Below the pieces are notes generated by a model that made no database searches, had not been told where the DNA came from, and worked only from the letters and a program-made list of their open reading frames with translations. A DNA stretch of 64,000 nucleotides from the human T2T-CHM13v2.0 reference genome, Homo sapiens. The stretch lies in NCBI RefSeq assembly GCF_009914755.1, contig NC_060925.1. One strand, written 5' to 3'. Made by a program: the position numbers and the translations under genes. Positions 13,321 to 27,866 of the stretch are shown piece by piece (the stretch's first letter is position 1; each line of letters begins with the position of its first letter).

Positions 13321-13975
13321 ATTAGAGTTATTGTAACTCTATTCCATATCATAAAAATAAAGACTGAACATGTTATATAGATAGATGAAAAATTCAAAAA
13401 GAAAAACCAAATATAACTTCTAGAGATTAAAACTGCACTGAGATGAAAAATACAGTGCATGGAATCAACAGCAGATTAGTCATTCCAGAAAAAAATAATA
13501 TATTAATGAACTGGAACCCAAAGCAATGGAAAATATCTAAAATTAAACACACAAAAATACAAAAAAAAAATCTTTGAACATAATAACCCTGAGCTATGAG
13601 GCAGTTTTAAATACCTAATATATGTGTGACAGGCATCCCTGGAGAAGAGAATAAGACATTCAGAAATAATATTTGAATAAAATAATTGCCATTTTTTCCA
13701 AATTTGATAAAAACTATAAACCTAAATATTCAAGTACTCAGTGCACTTCAAGTGCAAGAAAATCGAAGAAAATTACATCATAATGACAGTGCTCAAAAGC
13801 AGTAATAAATAGAAAAACTTAAAAAACTGGGAAAAATGCATGCTACATACAGAGGAAAAAGGATAAAGATGACATCAATTTTCTCATTGTAAACAATGCA
13901 AACAAAAGAGAGTGAAGCAACAGTGTCAATAAAGCATCAAAAGAAGAAAAAATAACTAGTAATCTAGAATTCCAA
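13321..13975 (+). mobile_element. Old L1 (L1M4/L1ME-type) ORF1 region fragment
   Basis: A-rich ORF1-like text (AACTTCTAGAGATTAAAACT...GGAATCAACAGCAGATTAG...TTTCCAAATTTGATAAAAACTATAAACC). Confidence 0.7.
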
Positions 13976-14329
13976 AAGTTTTTAACTGGGATTGGAGACA
14001 CCTAACTGGAGTTGATCTAAAAATATTAGGTGATTTGTACCATCTACACCCGGGTAAGTTAAACATTTTTTAAAAGAATATAAAGTTAATCTCCTGAGTT
14101 GATGGATGATTTTAATTTAGTGTTTTACAAGTCAGACTATTGTTTGGCTTAAGTCGATCCTCCTGTTTTCAAATCAGTCACATATATTCTGGTTCCTGGT
14201 AGCAGCAGTATTTAATCATTAGAACAGGAATTTATAATATCAACTAGAAAATTTCTATTTAGCAGACTATCAAATTCCCTATTTCTTAGCATGACTGTTC
14301 TCTTTCTTGGCACAGATAATGCAGAATCT

Positions 14330-14500
14330 TTCAGACAATCTTTCAAACATTTACTAAGTATCTACTATGTTCTGGGCATAGTTCTAGGTACTAGAAATAT
14401 AAAGTTAAGGAAGCAAATCTGTCCATTTGGTCTTGGAGTTTACACTGTAATAAGGAAGAAACATTATAGGAATCAATGAATAAATGACGTAATCAATAAG
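14330..14500 (-). mobile_element. LINE-2 3' end fragment
   Basis: TCAAACATTTACTAAGTATCTACTATGTTCTGGGCATAGTTCTAGGTACT is the reverse L2 terminus. Confidence 0.7.
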
Positions 14501-17500
14501 TAAAAATAAATCGTATAATGCGAACTCTTGAAAGCTATATGGCTAGCTTAATGATGAGAAATGTTAAAGAGGCTGAATGACCTGCTGAGGATCATGAAGT
14601 TAGAATGCAGAAAAATCAGAATGAAACAAAGATGTGATTTACATCAAGCAATGATAAAGGGAAAAAGAACATTGCACTTGGAATTGCAGGGGATTCTCAC
14701 AAAAATAGTGACTGTCCTGTTTCTCTGAGGGATAATGCTTAATATATCACTGTCTGTTTCTTCCCTCTCTACACTTCAAAACTAACTGGTTCCTATATAT
14801 GTATGATTCATGAATATCAGAATAAAGAGTAAACTTAATCCAAACAATACATAGTGAAAAAATAGATGCTGTATTGACAAGAAATGGAATTAATAAGAAT
14901 GGAATATGAAAAGAGTAACAAAAGTACATTTCTTTTTCTAATCAAGCAATTCTAACCTACCCCTCCCCTTATTGAAACCTGAATGCAGTGCACTAAATTT
15001 CATTTGAGCAAAAACTTCTTAATTGGGACCAAGCAGTCAGAGAAGTAGATGGCAGATGCTCATGTACTGGTCAACAGAGACAATGCTCACACTGATTTAG
15101 GTGACAAAGCTGCTATTGCAAGTGTCACCTTGTGAATAGAGTGACATTGGTGGCAATTAGAGAAGAAACACCTATCTGACAGTGAAAATGAAGGCAGTGA
15201 AAATGAACACAAGCCTGAAGAAATAACATGAAGTGAATTAACAGGACAAGGCAGCTTGTAAATTGTAGTTTCGCAATAGTTTTTAGAAAGAACAAACAAA
15301 CAATTTTACCTAAAATGACCATTGATCTTTGTTGATTGGCTAAATGGATTCCACTAGCAATGATAGTTTAAAGGATGATAAAGCATCATATTGCTTCAAT
15401 TAAATATATAAATAACATGGTAATTCTTAGAATGTGATTTTTGATAGTTTTATCTTTCAAATATATCAGTAGCATATTCACATCCCTTGTGATTCTTTGA
15501 AGCTGTTTGGAAGGCTGTACAGGTTATAACCCATAGGCAGCATTTTGCTCTAGTTTTTTTCGACCACAGAACATTGAGGCCTACACTGAATCTTCACTTG
15601 TGCCATTGTTTTTCACTTGTGTCAGTTTAAAAATGCATTTCACATCTTCTGTAATTGGTAATCCCATTTTATATCTCTTTTATTTATTTTCTTTGCTTCA
15701 GTTTATTATTACATACAATCACATGCAGTCCTAACAGATTTTGGTGACAAATACAGTCAGGTACAAACATAGAAGGAATTCCCACCTTTATATTTGTAGA
15801 AGTATTTTCAATTACCATCACTCTTGAAACAAAATCACAAAGAACATACGGGAGAAATTGTTATTCTCATTTTATAAAGACACAAATGCCCAAAGAAGTG
15901 ATATATCCTATGTAAGGACATACATTGCTACCTTTTAAACACAAAAAATGAATAAAATCCATAAAAAATCTAAGCCTAAATTTTGTCAAATCATACTCAT
16001 GAAACTTCACTTGTCATCACTGAGATCCTCATCTGCTTTCATTTCTCAGGGGTACACACAGTAAGTCTCAGATTTTCTTCACACTGCCTATTCATAAACA
16101 TATTGATTTAACATGGGCAACCAGATCAAGTGAATGCTCAATCATGGGCATAACTCTTACCTTGTTGAAAAACCAAACTGCTGATGCCTGAAGAAATGGT
16201 ATGTGTTAGTGTAGACACACATACTCATGTTAGAAATATGTACATATGTTTTTAATACACATACACATATTTTAAATACCCACTGTTGGATTTTTTTTTC
16301 AAAATGCACTTGAAGAGATTGTAGGCTTTAGTTAATCAGTGCAGGAGTTTTATACTTCAGAAACTCTCTCTCTGTCTCTCTCTGGTATCTAGGCATAATT
16401 AAAGTTTAATTGTGAGAAATTTCCCTGATAATTCCTGATTTATCAAAGTTCATCCAAAATATAATTCCTACACATTAATGGTGTCAGTACTCTCAGATTT
16501 GGGCTTAAATGAATAAGTCACTTCTAATATACCAAAGGAAATATGCTTCCTTGGAGAGTTTGAAAAGAGCAGAATAAAATTTGAGAAGAAATATAATAAA
16601 TGAAGTTTTCATACTATTTATATCTCCTTTTCTGTAAAATGTCCTTTTTAGAAGTAGTAGATCTAGTCTAGGTACATCATAAAATTCCTAACACCTATGG
16701 CTGAATTAAATCAAAGCCAAATGACCATATGGTAAAATTATTCACCATGGAATACTGCTTTTTAAAATTCTTTTTACTTAGGCTACAGTAGTCCCCAGTC
16801 AATCCTGATGCATTAAGAATGTCTGACGCATTAGCATATTTTATAATTGAGCTGAGAAATTATGTTACTATTAATTTATTTTTGAAATATTAACTTGCTT
16901 TTAAAGGAAGTACAATGAATAAATGTCAGAAATATTTATGCCAACACATTGTTATGTCAGGTATGCCCTTGAAATTCCAAGCTACATTAACAAGAAGACT
17001 GCTGGGCCTTTGAAGAAAGTTTGCTTTATATCCAGGCAAATTGCAGTTTGAATTGTGCTATGGGGCAGGCCAATATGAATAAATAAAGAATGGCACAGGC
17101 ATCAAAAAATAAACTACTATTAATATGACATAATTAATGTAATATAGTTATTATTAACAATAATTCAGAGGAATTATCAAGTTTATGCTTATATTGTTTG
17201 TTATGAAATTGTATTACACTTTTATTTTAGAGAATGATGTTTGGCGTTTAATTATGTGTGGCAACATTTTTACTGTAAGAATTCTACTTAAATCTTGCTT
17301 TGTTCTAAAATTTCAAATTATTTATGGTAAGAAAATAAGCCACCTTCTACACATCTTTCTCTTATAACATCTATTTTATTAAATAAACTTGTCTTTTATG
17401 TTGCTTCATATAAATAAGTTTTTGAGGTGGCTTAGATAATACCTGTTGATTGATTATTCAATGTATTCAAAATGTATTAGTTATATTTTTGTATTTAATA

Positions 17501-18455
17501 TCTTAATAAATATCTTAAATGTATTAGACACTAATAAATAATCAATATAGGATCTTATGTTTATTATAGGCAAGTGTGTGGACTTACTATATAATTTATC
17601 ATCCTTGATAAATTAGGTAAATAAATAAAATATACAGAAGAATGGCATTTGAGGTAAGACATCTCATTAGTGAGATTTTCTTGAATCCTAATATTTGAGT
17701 ACCAAGAACAGTGCTTTCCACAGTTTATGTCTTATGTGTTTTTGCACATAACATATATACTCATTTACAAATCATTTATAAAATAAGTCAGAAGAATACT
17801 AAACAAAACAACATTTAAGAAAAAAGAAGCTTATTAAAATAGAATTGTTACGTTTCCATTGTGAATACACAAGGGAAGGGTATGGGGTGAATAAGGTGGA
17901 GGGAAAAGACAGCATTTCTTGTGATCTCTAAATACACTATTTAAATTTACTATTTTTAAAGACCTATAGAAAGACTAGTGTTTCCATGGAACACCTTTTA
18001 GGAAATAATATTCTAGAGAATTTTTTATGCTTCTCTGCCATTTGGAAACATTTATCCTCCTATTTCCTGTTACTTTAGTTATATATTTAATACTTACAAC
18101 AAAATAGTTAGGAAAAAGCTTATTTATTACTTTACAGCTTAGAATGGTAGATAGATATAGATAGATGTATTAACCAGAGGATTTCACCCAGTTTTAGCTG
18201 GAGTGTTTTTCATTTTCTTCTATTCACCAGAGATTTCTCTAATGCTCTGTCAAATAATTAAATAAAAAAATTATAGCAATTCATAATATATAATTTAACA
18301 GAAAATGTATTCACTTCATTTCACTTTGCTTTTTAAATCAGAGAAACACCAGTGAAGGACCAGAACACTTTTTTTCCCCCTCTATGGCTTACAGCACTTT
18401 GAAAAATACTGACGATCTCATTAGTACTTAGGAGAGTTTCTGAGTTGCTAAAAGC

Positions 18456-18896
18456 TGTTTCAGTTTAGGTTACTGGGAAAAGAGATTCTGAGAAAAGAGG
18501 TAGGTGCAAGAAACAATGCCCAGGGACTGGGGATTTAAAACAACGAAAGGAAGCAGTCATTGAAGGATGTCTTATTTAGTCAACATCCACTGTGGGTAAC
18601 TGGAGCTTAAACCCAGAGGGAAATTCTAGAAAATGCTGTAAATTACATGTCTCAGAATTGTCTCACTGGATGGATGGGGGTGCTGAGCTTTTATATATTA
18701 ATTCCTTTCAGTCATTGGTTGTGGAATGATCCTAGCAGTATTCATCTCCAGAAATGTAAGACCTGTCATGTGCTGATTCTCATTAATGGTGGACAAACAT
18801 TCTTAGGCACAAAGAAGATATTGACAATTGGAAATCCGCTGAAGTACGTTGCAATTTATGAAGGGTTTGAGTGTGGCACTATCAGCCTGTGGTATA
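18456..18896 (-). mobile_element. ERVL LTR (LTR33-like), probable 3' LTR
   Basis: Left end TGTTTCAGTTTAGGTTACTGGGAAAAGAGATTCTGAGA is the reverse of an ERVL LTR end. The core CACTGTGGGTAACTGGAGCTT...CTCAGAATT...CAGTCATTGGTTG is LTR33-like. Confidence 0.6.
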
Positions 18897-19985
18897 GTCT
18901 ACACATTTCATCATTCAAATCTCTTTGTGCTCTATCTTAAATTCCTTCCATCCTGTTACTGCTTCGAGGTCATGATCAGTCACAATTTCTGAGAAGGATA
19001 CTTGTAACAGGAGGATTAATGACCAAGCCGTTAAGTCCCCAATAAGGCAATGAGTCCTGAGATCAAACATGATATTCATTATATCCACTTCTACCACATA
19101 TTTTAGAGTCCCTTTGCCTTCTAACAGCATATTTCCTGGTCTAAACTGCTTGCCAGAAGGGTACCACTAGTGATGTGCTGATAACTTGTTGACTGCTGGA
19201 TCCCCAATTATATTTTCAACCTGAATGTTAGTTGTTATGTTTCTTTATGGCATGTTAACAAATAAGACAAAAGTAAAAATGCAAAAACAGCCATTTGCCT
19301 GTGACATGAACAACTATTTTGCTAAACCAGATAGCAGTTTTTGAATATTGGAAATATATTTCCTCCCTTATTTGTACTAATTATCATGTAACAGTTATAG
19401 ACTGATACATGTTGACATCTAAGCTGCACTCTTAATATTTGTCCATCACTTTTGATCATCTAGACCCAGGATCAGCAAACATTTTCTGTAAAGAAACACG
19501 GAGTTTCCATTTACCCTTTTCACTTTGTGAGTCACCTATGGTTCTGTTGCTTATTCTTCCATTTATTTATTTTGTTTGTTTGTTTGTGTTAAATAGCCCT
19601 GCAAAATGTAAATGTCATTTTTAGCTTGTAGTCTTAAGAAGAAAAGGGCCATGAGCCAAATTTGGCCTGTAGGCTATAGATTGCCGACCTCTGCTCCAGA
19701 CAATCCACACAACAATAATTCAAGCTCTGATTTGTATTTTTTATAAAAAAAATGTTCCCAGCACATTACTGGGAACCCAGACCGTCATTTGAGTCCCTGG
19801 TTACTTGGCTGAAATTTTCTATTTATGATTATCTGCTGAAAAAAAAAAAGAACTACTCACTTCCCTTGTGAATATCTTCATTTCCAAATCTTTTCTTCCC
19901 TACTTCCCTATGTGATAACAACCTTATGTCATCATAATGATCTATATCATTTATCTAGCCAGTAGAGTAACTCCTTCCCTTGCCT
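18897..19985 (-). mobile_element. Degenerate ERVL internal sequence adjoining the LTR, interrupted by MER58A
   Basis: Directly abuts the LTR through a decayed PPT-like junction. Segments resemble the 3' pol region of old ERVL internals (GGAACCCAGACC; GCCAGTAGAGTAACTCC). Confidence 0.4.
19466..19693. mobile_element. MER58A (hAT-Charlie MITE)
   Basis: TIRs CAGGATCAGCAAAC / GATTGCCGACCTCTG, 8-bp TSD ATCTAGAC (19458-19465) / CTCCAGAC (19694-19701), about 228 bp. Confidence 0.8.
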
Positions 19986-19987
19986 AT

Positions 19988-22900
19988 TGTTTTTTTTAAT
20001 TATTTATGTTTTGTGAGTATATAGTAGTTGTATATGTTTATGGGTACATTAGATATTTTGATACAGACATAAAATATGTAATAAACATATCAGGTTATGT
20101 ACGGTATCCATCACCTCAAGCATTATTTTGTGTTACAAATAATCCAGTTATATATTTTTGCTTATTTTAAAATGTGCAATTAAATTCTTTACTATAATCA
20201 TCCTGTTATGCAAGCAAATACTAGGTCTAATTTATTCTTCTATTTTTTCGTATCCTTCAACCATCCCTATTTCCCCTCCATCCTCTCCACAATACTCTTC
20301 TCAGCCTCTGGTAACCATCCTAGTCTCTATCACCATGACTTCAATTGTTTTAATATTTAGCTCCCACAGGTAAGTGAGAACATGTGATGCTTGTCTTTCT
20401 GTGCCTGGCTTATTTCATTCAAAGTTATGACCTCCAGTTCCATGCACACTGTTGCAAATGACAAGATCTCTTTCTTTTTTAAGCCAAATAGTACTTCATT
20501 GTGTATACATACCACATTTTCTTTATCCATTTGTGTATTGGTGGACACTAGGTTGCTTGCAAATCTTGGCTATTGTGAACAGTGCTGCAATAAACATGGG
20601 AGTACAGATACCTCTTTTATATACTGATTTCTGACCTTTGGGGTATATACTTTGGTGTGGAATTGCTAGGCCATATGGTAGTTTTATTTTTAGTTTTTTT
20701 TTTTTTTTTTCAGAAGCTGCAACCTGTTCTCCATAGTGTTTACACTAATTTACATTTCCACCAATAGTATACTGGGATTTCCTTTCCTCTACATTCTCAT
20801 TAGCATTTGTGTTATTGCCTGTCTTTTGGATAAAAGCCATTTTAACTGGGTGAGATGATTTCTTATCGCAGTTTTGATTTGCATTAATCTATGATCAATA
20901 ATGTTGAGTACCCTTTCATATACTTGTTTGCCATTTGTATGTCTTCTTTTGAGAAATGTCTATTCATATCTTTTGCCCATATTTAATTGGATTATTAGAT
21001 TTTTTCCTATAGAGGTGTTTGAGCTCCTAATATAGTCTAGTTATAATTCCTTGTCAGATGAGTACTTTGCAAATATTTTCTTCCATTTTTTTGGGTTGTC
21101 ACTTCACTTTGTTGATTGTTTTCTTTGCTGTGCAGAAGATTTTTAACTTGATGAGATCACATTTGTCCATTTTTGTTTTGGTTGCCTGTGCTTGTGAGAT
21201 ATTGCTCAATAAGTCTTTGTGCAATCAAGTGTCCTGGAGATTTTCCCTAATATATTTTTTTAGTAGTTTCATAGTGAGATATTAGAATTAAGTATCTAAT
21301 CCATTTTAATTGATTTTTCCAATTTGGATGGATTAGATTTTTCCAATCCATTGGAAAAACACTATTTTTCCAATTTGGATGTCCTTTTTTTTTTTATCCG
21401 TCTGATTTATCTAGCTGGAACTTCCAGTACTATGTTGAATAACAGTGGCAACAGTGGCATCCTTGTTGTGTTCCCAAAATTAGAATAAAGGCTTTTAGAG
21501 TTTTTTTTTTCTCATTCAGTATGATACTACCTGTGGATCTGTTGTGTATGGCTTTTATTATGTTGAGGTATGTTTCCTGTATATCCAATTTTTTGAGGAT
21601 TTTTATCATGAAGAGATGTTGGATTTTATCAAATGCTTTTTCAGCATCAACTGAAATGAGCATAGAATTTTGTGTATGCTGAACCATCCTTGCATTCCTG
21701 GCACAAATCCCACTTAGTCATGATGAATGACCTATTTATTGTGTTATTGAATTCGATTTTTTAGGATTTTCTTGAGAATTTTTGCATCAGTATTCGTTAA
21801 TGATATTGGCCTATAGTGGGTTTTTTTTTTTTTTTTTAATGTGTCTTTGCCTGGTTTTGGTATCAGGGTAATGGATAACACTGGCCTTGTAGAATGAGTT
21901 TGAAGGTATTCTATCACCCTCTACTTTTTTTTTTTTTTGGAATATTTTGAGTAGGTTTGGTATTAGTTCTTCAGTAGAATTCAGCAGGGAAGCCATTGGG
22001 TTCCAGGTTTTCTTTACCTGAAGATTTTTTATTATGGTTTAAACCTCAGTACTTATTATTCATCTGTTCAGGTTTTGGATTTCTTGTACAATCTTGACAG
22101 ATTTTGTGAGTCTAGGAATTTGTCTATTTTTTCAGATTTTTCAGATTATTGGCATATAGTTTTTTATAGTCGTCTCTAATGATCCTTTGAATTTCTGCAG
22201 TTTCCTTTATCAATTCTGATTTTATTTATTTGGATCTTATCTCTTTTTTTCTTAGTCTGGCTAATGGTTTGTCAATTTTGTTTAACTTTTCAAAAAACCA
22301 ACTTTTTATTTCATTGAACTTTAGTATTTTTTGCATTTCAATTTCATTTATTTCTGTTCTGATCTTTATTATTTCTTTCCTTCTACTGATTTTGAGTTTG
22401 GTTTGCTCTTCCTTTTCTAGCTCTTTCAGCTGCATCATTAGATTGTTTATTTGAAGTTTTTCCTCTTACTTGATGTAGGCACTTACAACTGTAAATTTCC
22501 CTTTTAATACTGACTTGGCTGTATCTCATAGGTTTGGGTATGTTGTGTTTCCATTATAATTGGTTTCAAGAAATGTTTCAATTTCCTTCTTAATTTTTTT
22601 CATTGATGCGCTGGTCATTCATGAGCATACAGTTTAATTTCCATGTATTTGTATAGTTGCCAAAATTCCTCTTGTAATTCGTTTCTAGTTTTATTCCACT
22701 GTATTCAGAGAAGATGCTTGATATTATTTCAATTTTTGGAATGTTTTAAAACTTGTTTTGTGACCTAATATATGGTCTGTCTTTGAGAATGATCTGTGTG
22801 CTGGGGAATGTGTAAATTCTGCATCCTTTTGAGAAAATGTTCTGTAAATATTTATTAGGCTCATATGGCCCAAAGTGCAGATTAACTCTGATGTTTATTG

Positions 22901-25572
22901 ATTTTTTTTGTCTGAAGTATCTGTCCAGTGCTGAAAGTGGGGTATTGAAGTTTCCAGCTATTATTTTATTGGATTATTTCTCTCTCTGTAGCTCTAATAA
23001 TATTTACTTTATATATCTGGGTGTTCCTGTGTTTCATGCACATTTACTTGCAAGTGTTATATCCTCTTGCTGAGTTGACCTCTTTATCATTTTACAGGGA
23101 CCGTTTTGTCTCTTCTTGTAGTTTTTGTCTTGAAATCTATTTTGTATAGCTACTCCTCCCCTTTTTTATTTCCATTGCCATGGAATATCTTTTCTTATCC
23201 TTTTACTTTTCATCTATGTGTGTCTTTAGAGGTGAAGTATATTTCTTGCTGGCAGCAGATAATTAAATCTTGCTTTTTTTAAGTCTATTCAGCCACTCTA
23301 TATCTTTTGATTGGAGAGTTTACATTCAATGTTATTATTGATAAGTAAGGTGTTACTCCTGCCATTTTGCTATTCGTTTTCTGTTTTATTTATTTTTCTT
23401 TTTTGGTCTCCTTCTCCTTCTTTTCTTCCTTCCTGTCTTCTTTTTAATAAAGGTTATTTTCTCTGGAGGTATGATTTCATTTCTTGCTTTTTATTTTTTG
23501 TATACTTATTGTACGTTTTAAAATTTGAGGTTACCATGAGGCTTGCAAATACTATCTTTTAACCCATTATTTTACACTGATAGCATCTTATCACTGTTTG
23601 CATAAACACATAAAAAAACAGAAAGAAAACTAGTAAAAATTCTACACCCTAACTTAATTCCCCTGCATTATAAGTTTTTGTTTTCCCTATTTATATATTA
23701 GTGTATTGTCTATATTTTGAAAAGTTTTTGTTGTTATTATATTTGGCTGATTCATTGTTTAGTTTTTCTACATTAGATAAGAGTAGTTTACACACAACAG
23801 TTACAGTGTTATAATATTGTCTGTTTTCCTGTGTGCTTAATATAATCAGTGAGTTTTATAACTTCAGATGATTTCTTACTGCTCATTAATATCGTTTTCT
23901 TTCTGCTTGAAGTACTCCCTTTAGCATTTCTTGTAGGAGAGGTCTAGTTTTGATGAAATCCCTCAGCTTTAGTGTGCCTGGGAAAGTAATTCTCCTTCAA
24001 GTTTGAAAGATATTTTTGCCAGATATACTATCCCAGGGTAAAAGGTATTTTCCTTCAGCATTTTAAATATAGCATGCCCCTCTCTCCTGGCTTATAAGGC
24101 TTCCATTTAAAAGTTTGTCACCAGATGTATTGGAGCTCCATTTTATGTTCTTTGTTTCTTTTGTCTTACTACTTTTAGGATCCTTTGTTTATCCTTGATC
24201 TTTGGGAGTTTGATTATTAGATACTTTGAGGTAGTCTTCTCTGGGTGAAATCTGCTTGGTGTTCTATAACTTCCTTGCACTTCGATATTGATGTCTTCCT
24301 CAAGGTTTTGGAAGTTTCTGTTATTATCCCTTTGGATAAACTTTCTACCTGTATCTATTTCTATACCTCCCTTTGAAGCTCAATAATTTTTAGATTTGCC
24401 CTTTTGAGGCTATTTTTGAAATCCTGTAAACATGCTTCATCTTTTTGTTATTCTTTCTTTTGTCTCCTCCTACTGTGTATTTTCAAATCACCTATCTTCA
24501 AGTTCACTAATTTATTCTTCTGCTTGTTCAGTTCTACTATTAAAGGATTACGATGCCTTCTTAAGATGTAATTGCATTTTTCACCTCCAGAATTTCTGGC
24601 TGATTCTTCTTAATTATTTTATTCTTTTTAAAAATTATTTTTCAAAATTTGAAAAGTATTTTTCAAATTTGTCTGATAGAATTCTGAATTCCTTCTCTGT
24701 GTTATCTTGAATTTCTTTGAGTTTCCCTAGAACAGCTATTTTGAATTCCCTGTCCGAAAGATCACATATCTCTGTTTTTCTAGAATTGGTCCTTGTGCCT
24801 TATTTTGTTCATTTGATGAGGTCCTGTTTTCCTGGATAGTCTTGATACTTGTTGGTGTTCATCAGTGTCTGGGCATTGAAGAGTTAGGTATTGATTGTAG
24901 TCTTCACAAACTGGGCTTGTTTGTACCTGTCCTTCTTGGGAAGGTGTTTCCAGGTATTCAAAAGGAATGTGATGTGATATAAGCAGTGTGTTCATTAAGG
25001 GGCACCTGAAGCCCAGTAACACTGTGTTTCTGGCAGACTTGATGGTCTTCAACAACATCTGAAGGAATTCTCTGGATTACTAGACATAGACACTTGTTTT
25101 CTTCCTTTACTTTCTCCCAAATAGAGTCTTTCACTCTCTTGTGAGCTGCCTGGAGTTGCGAGTGGAGTGACACAAGCACCCCTATGGCCACCACTACTAG
25201 GACTTTGCTGGGTCAGACCTTAAGCCAGCACAGCACTGGGTCTCAACCAAGGCCTACTGTAACCAATCCCTGGCTACCACCCATGTTCACTTGAGGCCCT
25301 GAGGTGCTACAATCAACACGTGGTGAAGCCAGCCATTCCTGGGTCCTTCCTTTCAGGGCAGCAAGCTCTCACTGACCCAAGGCAGCTCCATAGGTGCCAT
25401 CAAAAAGCCAGGAGCTAGAATCAAAAGCCCTAGAAGTTTATCTGGTTTTCTGTTGTGCTCCAGCTGAGATGGCCCTCAAACCATAAGATGCAGTCCTTTT
25501 CACTCTTCTTCTTTCTAAATGCAAAGAAACCTCACTGTGGGGACCACTTCAGAACCATGGACAATACTCCCA
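19988..25572 (-). mobile_element. Long LINE-1 (L1MA2/3-like): 3'UTR, ORF2 with internal deletions, ORF1 and part of the 5'UTR
   Basis: Minus ORFs give ORF2p (ISVDAEKAFDKIQH.FMIK; [18 protein letters not shown]). ORF1 region is about 23900-24780 and the GC-richer 5'UTR about 24950-25572. Confidence 0.92.
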
Positions 25573-25574
25573 GT

Positions 25575-25930
25575 GTAAGCAATTTATTTTGTAGGTGAAA
25601 GAAACATAAATTGTGGAGTGGGGAATTGACCAAAAAAATAGCCAATTAAGGCAATAAAGTGTTCATTATTAGGCCAGCTATGACTATAAGTAATAAGTTT
25701 ATTTTTGTAGGGAGATTCTGGGAAGAAGTTTAAAACACATGGCTCAGAATTCTTATACTGGAGGATAAATGGAGGTGGGATATTTACATACTAATTCTTG
25801 TCAGTCATGGTTGGGGGTTGCTTCCCAAGGGTTGTTAATTCCTAGCATTTTAGGCTTGCTACACTCACAAAAACAGAGCATCATTCCTTTGAGCTGGAAA
25901 AATACTCAGGCACAGAGATGCAGATACTGT
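25575..25930 (-). mobile_element. ERVL LTR fragment (LTR33-like)
   Basis: Same motif order as 18456-18896 (ACATGGCTCAGAATT...ATACTAATTCTTGTCAGTCATGGTTG...TCAGGCACAGAGATGCAGATACTG). Confidence 0.6.
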
Positions 25931-27009
25931 ATTGACATTTAGACTTTGTTACATATAATTCTAAATAACTTCCTGTTAATAAGCCTCACTGCAACTTATA
26001 AATTGACTTACACAGGAAAAAACTTCTTTTTTTTTTAAAGTCTCACATAAAGTATATTTTCTCTTTAAAACATCAGTCTATAAAATTATTACTTGTTGAA
26101 TATAAGTGGTAGGTAAATATATATATATATAATTGTTTTCATAAAGGGATATTATATATAATATATATTTGTTGACAACTATATATATGAAATCTCAGAA
26201 ATAACACTATTTTCATTGTATTTATCAAGGAATATAGATATTCACCTATATAATTATATAACCATTGCACACATATTTAACTTACAAGTTGATGATTATT
26301 TAATATAATGGTATGGTTTGTGAGATTCCTTATATAAAGCCTTAGAACACATAAATACACACAAACATGTAGTTATGAATATTTTGTTCTAATCTTTGTT
26401 TACTTTGTGGTGAAGTAAAATTAGAATAGTCATTCTTATCTTTTTAAATCAGATTCTTTAAGGAAAAACATTTGCAATATCTAAACTTACAATTTATTTT
26501 CTCAAGATTGTTCAAACTAACGGAAAGTAAGAAACGAAATTTTCCTAAATCTTGCTGTGTGCCTGTAGTCTTTCAATATATTATGATATTTAAAAACACA
26601 TTTTCTAGTTCCTAGTTACTTTTATTTTTAAGATAACAATATCTGGAGGCATTTTAAAGATAAATATGAAGGGAATATAATAATTGTGACTCCTTTTCAC
26701 ACAGTGGAACTATCTTCAGGGATTTTATCCTAAAACACCATCTTTGTTAATATCCTTAAGCATTTCTGTTCTTGTGAGCTTTGGATTCTTATTAAAAAAT
26801 GAATAAATGCTGTTCTTTGACTTGAGCTTATTCTACTATTGTAAGAGAAAAGTATCATTTTAAAAATCTTTAATACTTTTTAAGGCAAAAATGACTTTAG
26901 GACAAATTTTATGAACGTTCACATCTCTACCATTCATGTTCACATATTAAGCAATGTTGACTTTCAAGGAATTCATAAAAAAAGAAATAAATTTGACATT
27001 TTACTCTGA

Positions 27010-27866
<857 letters not shown>

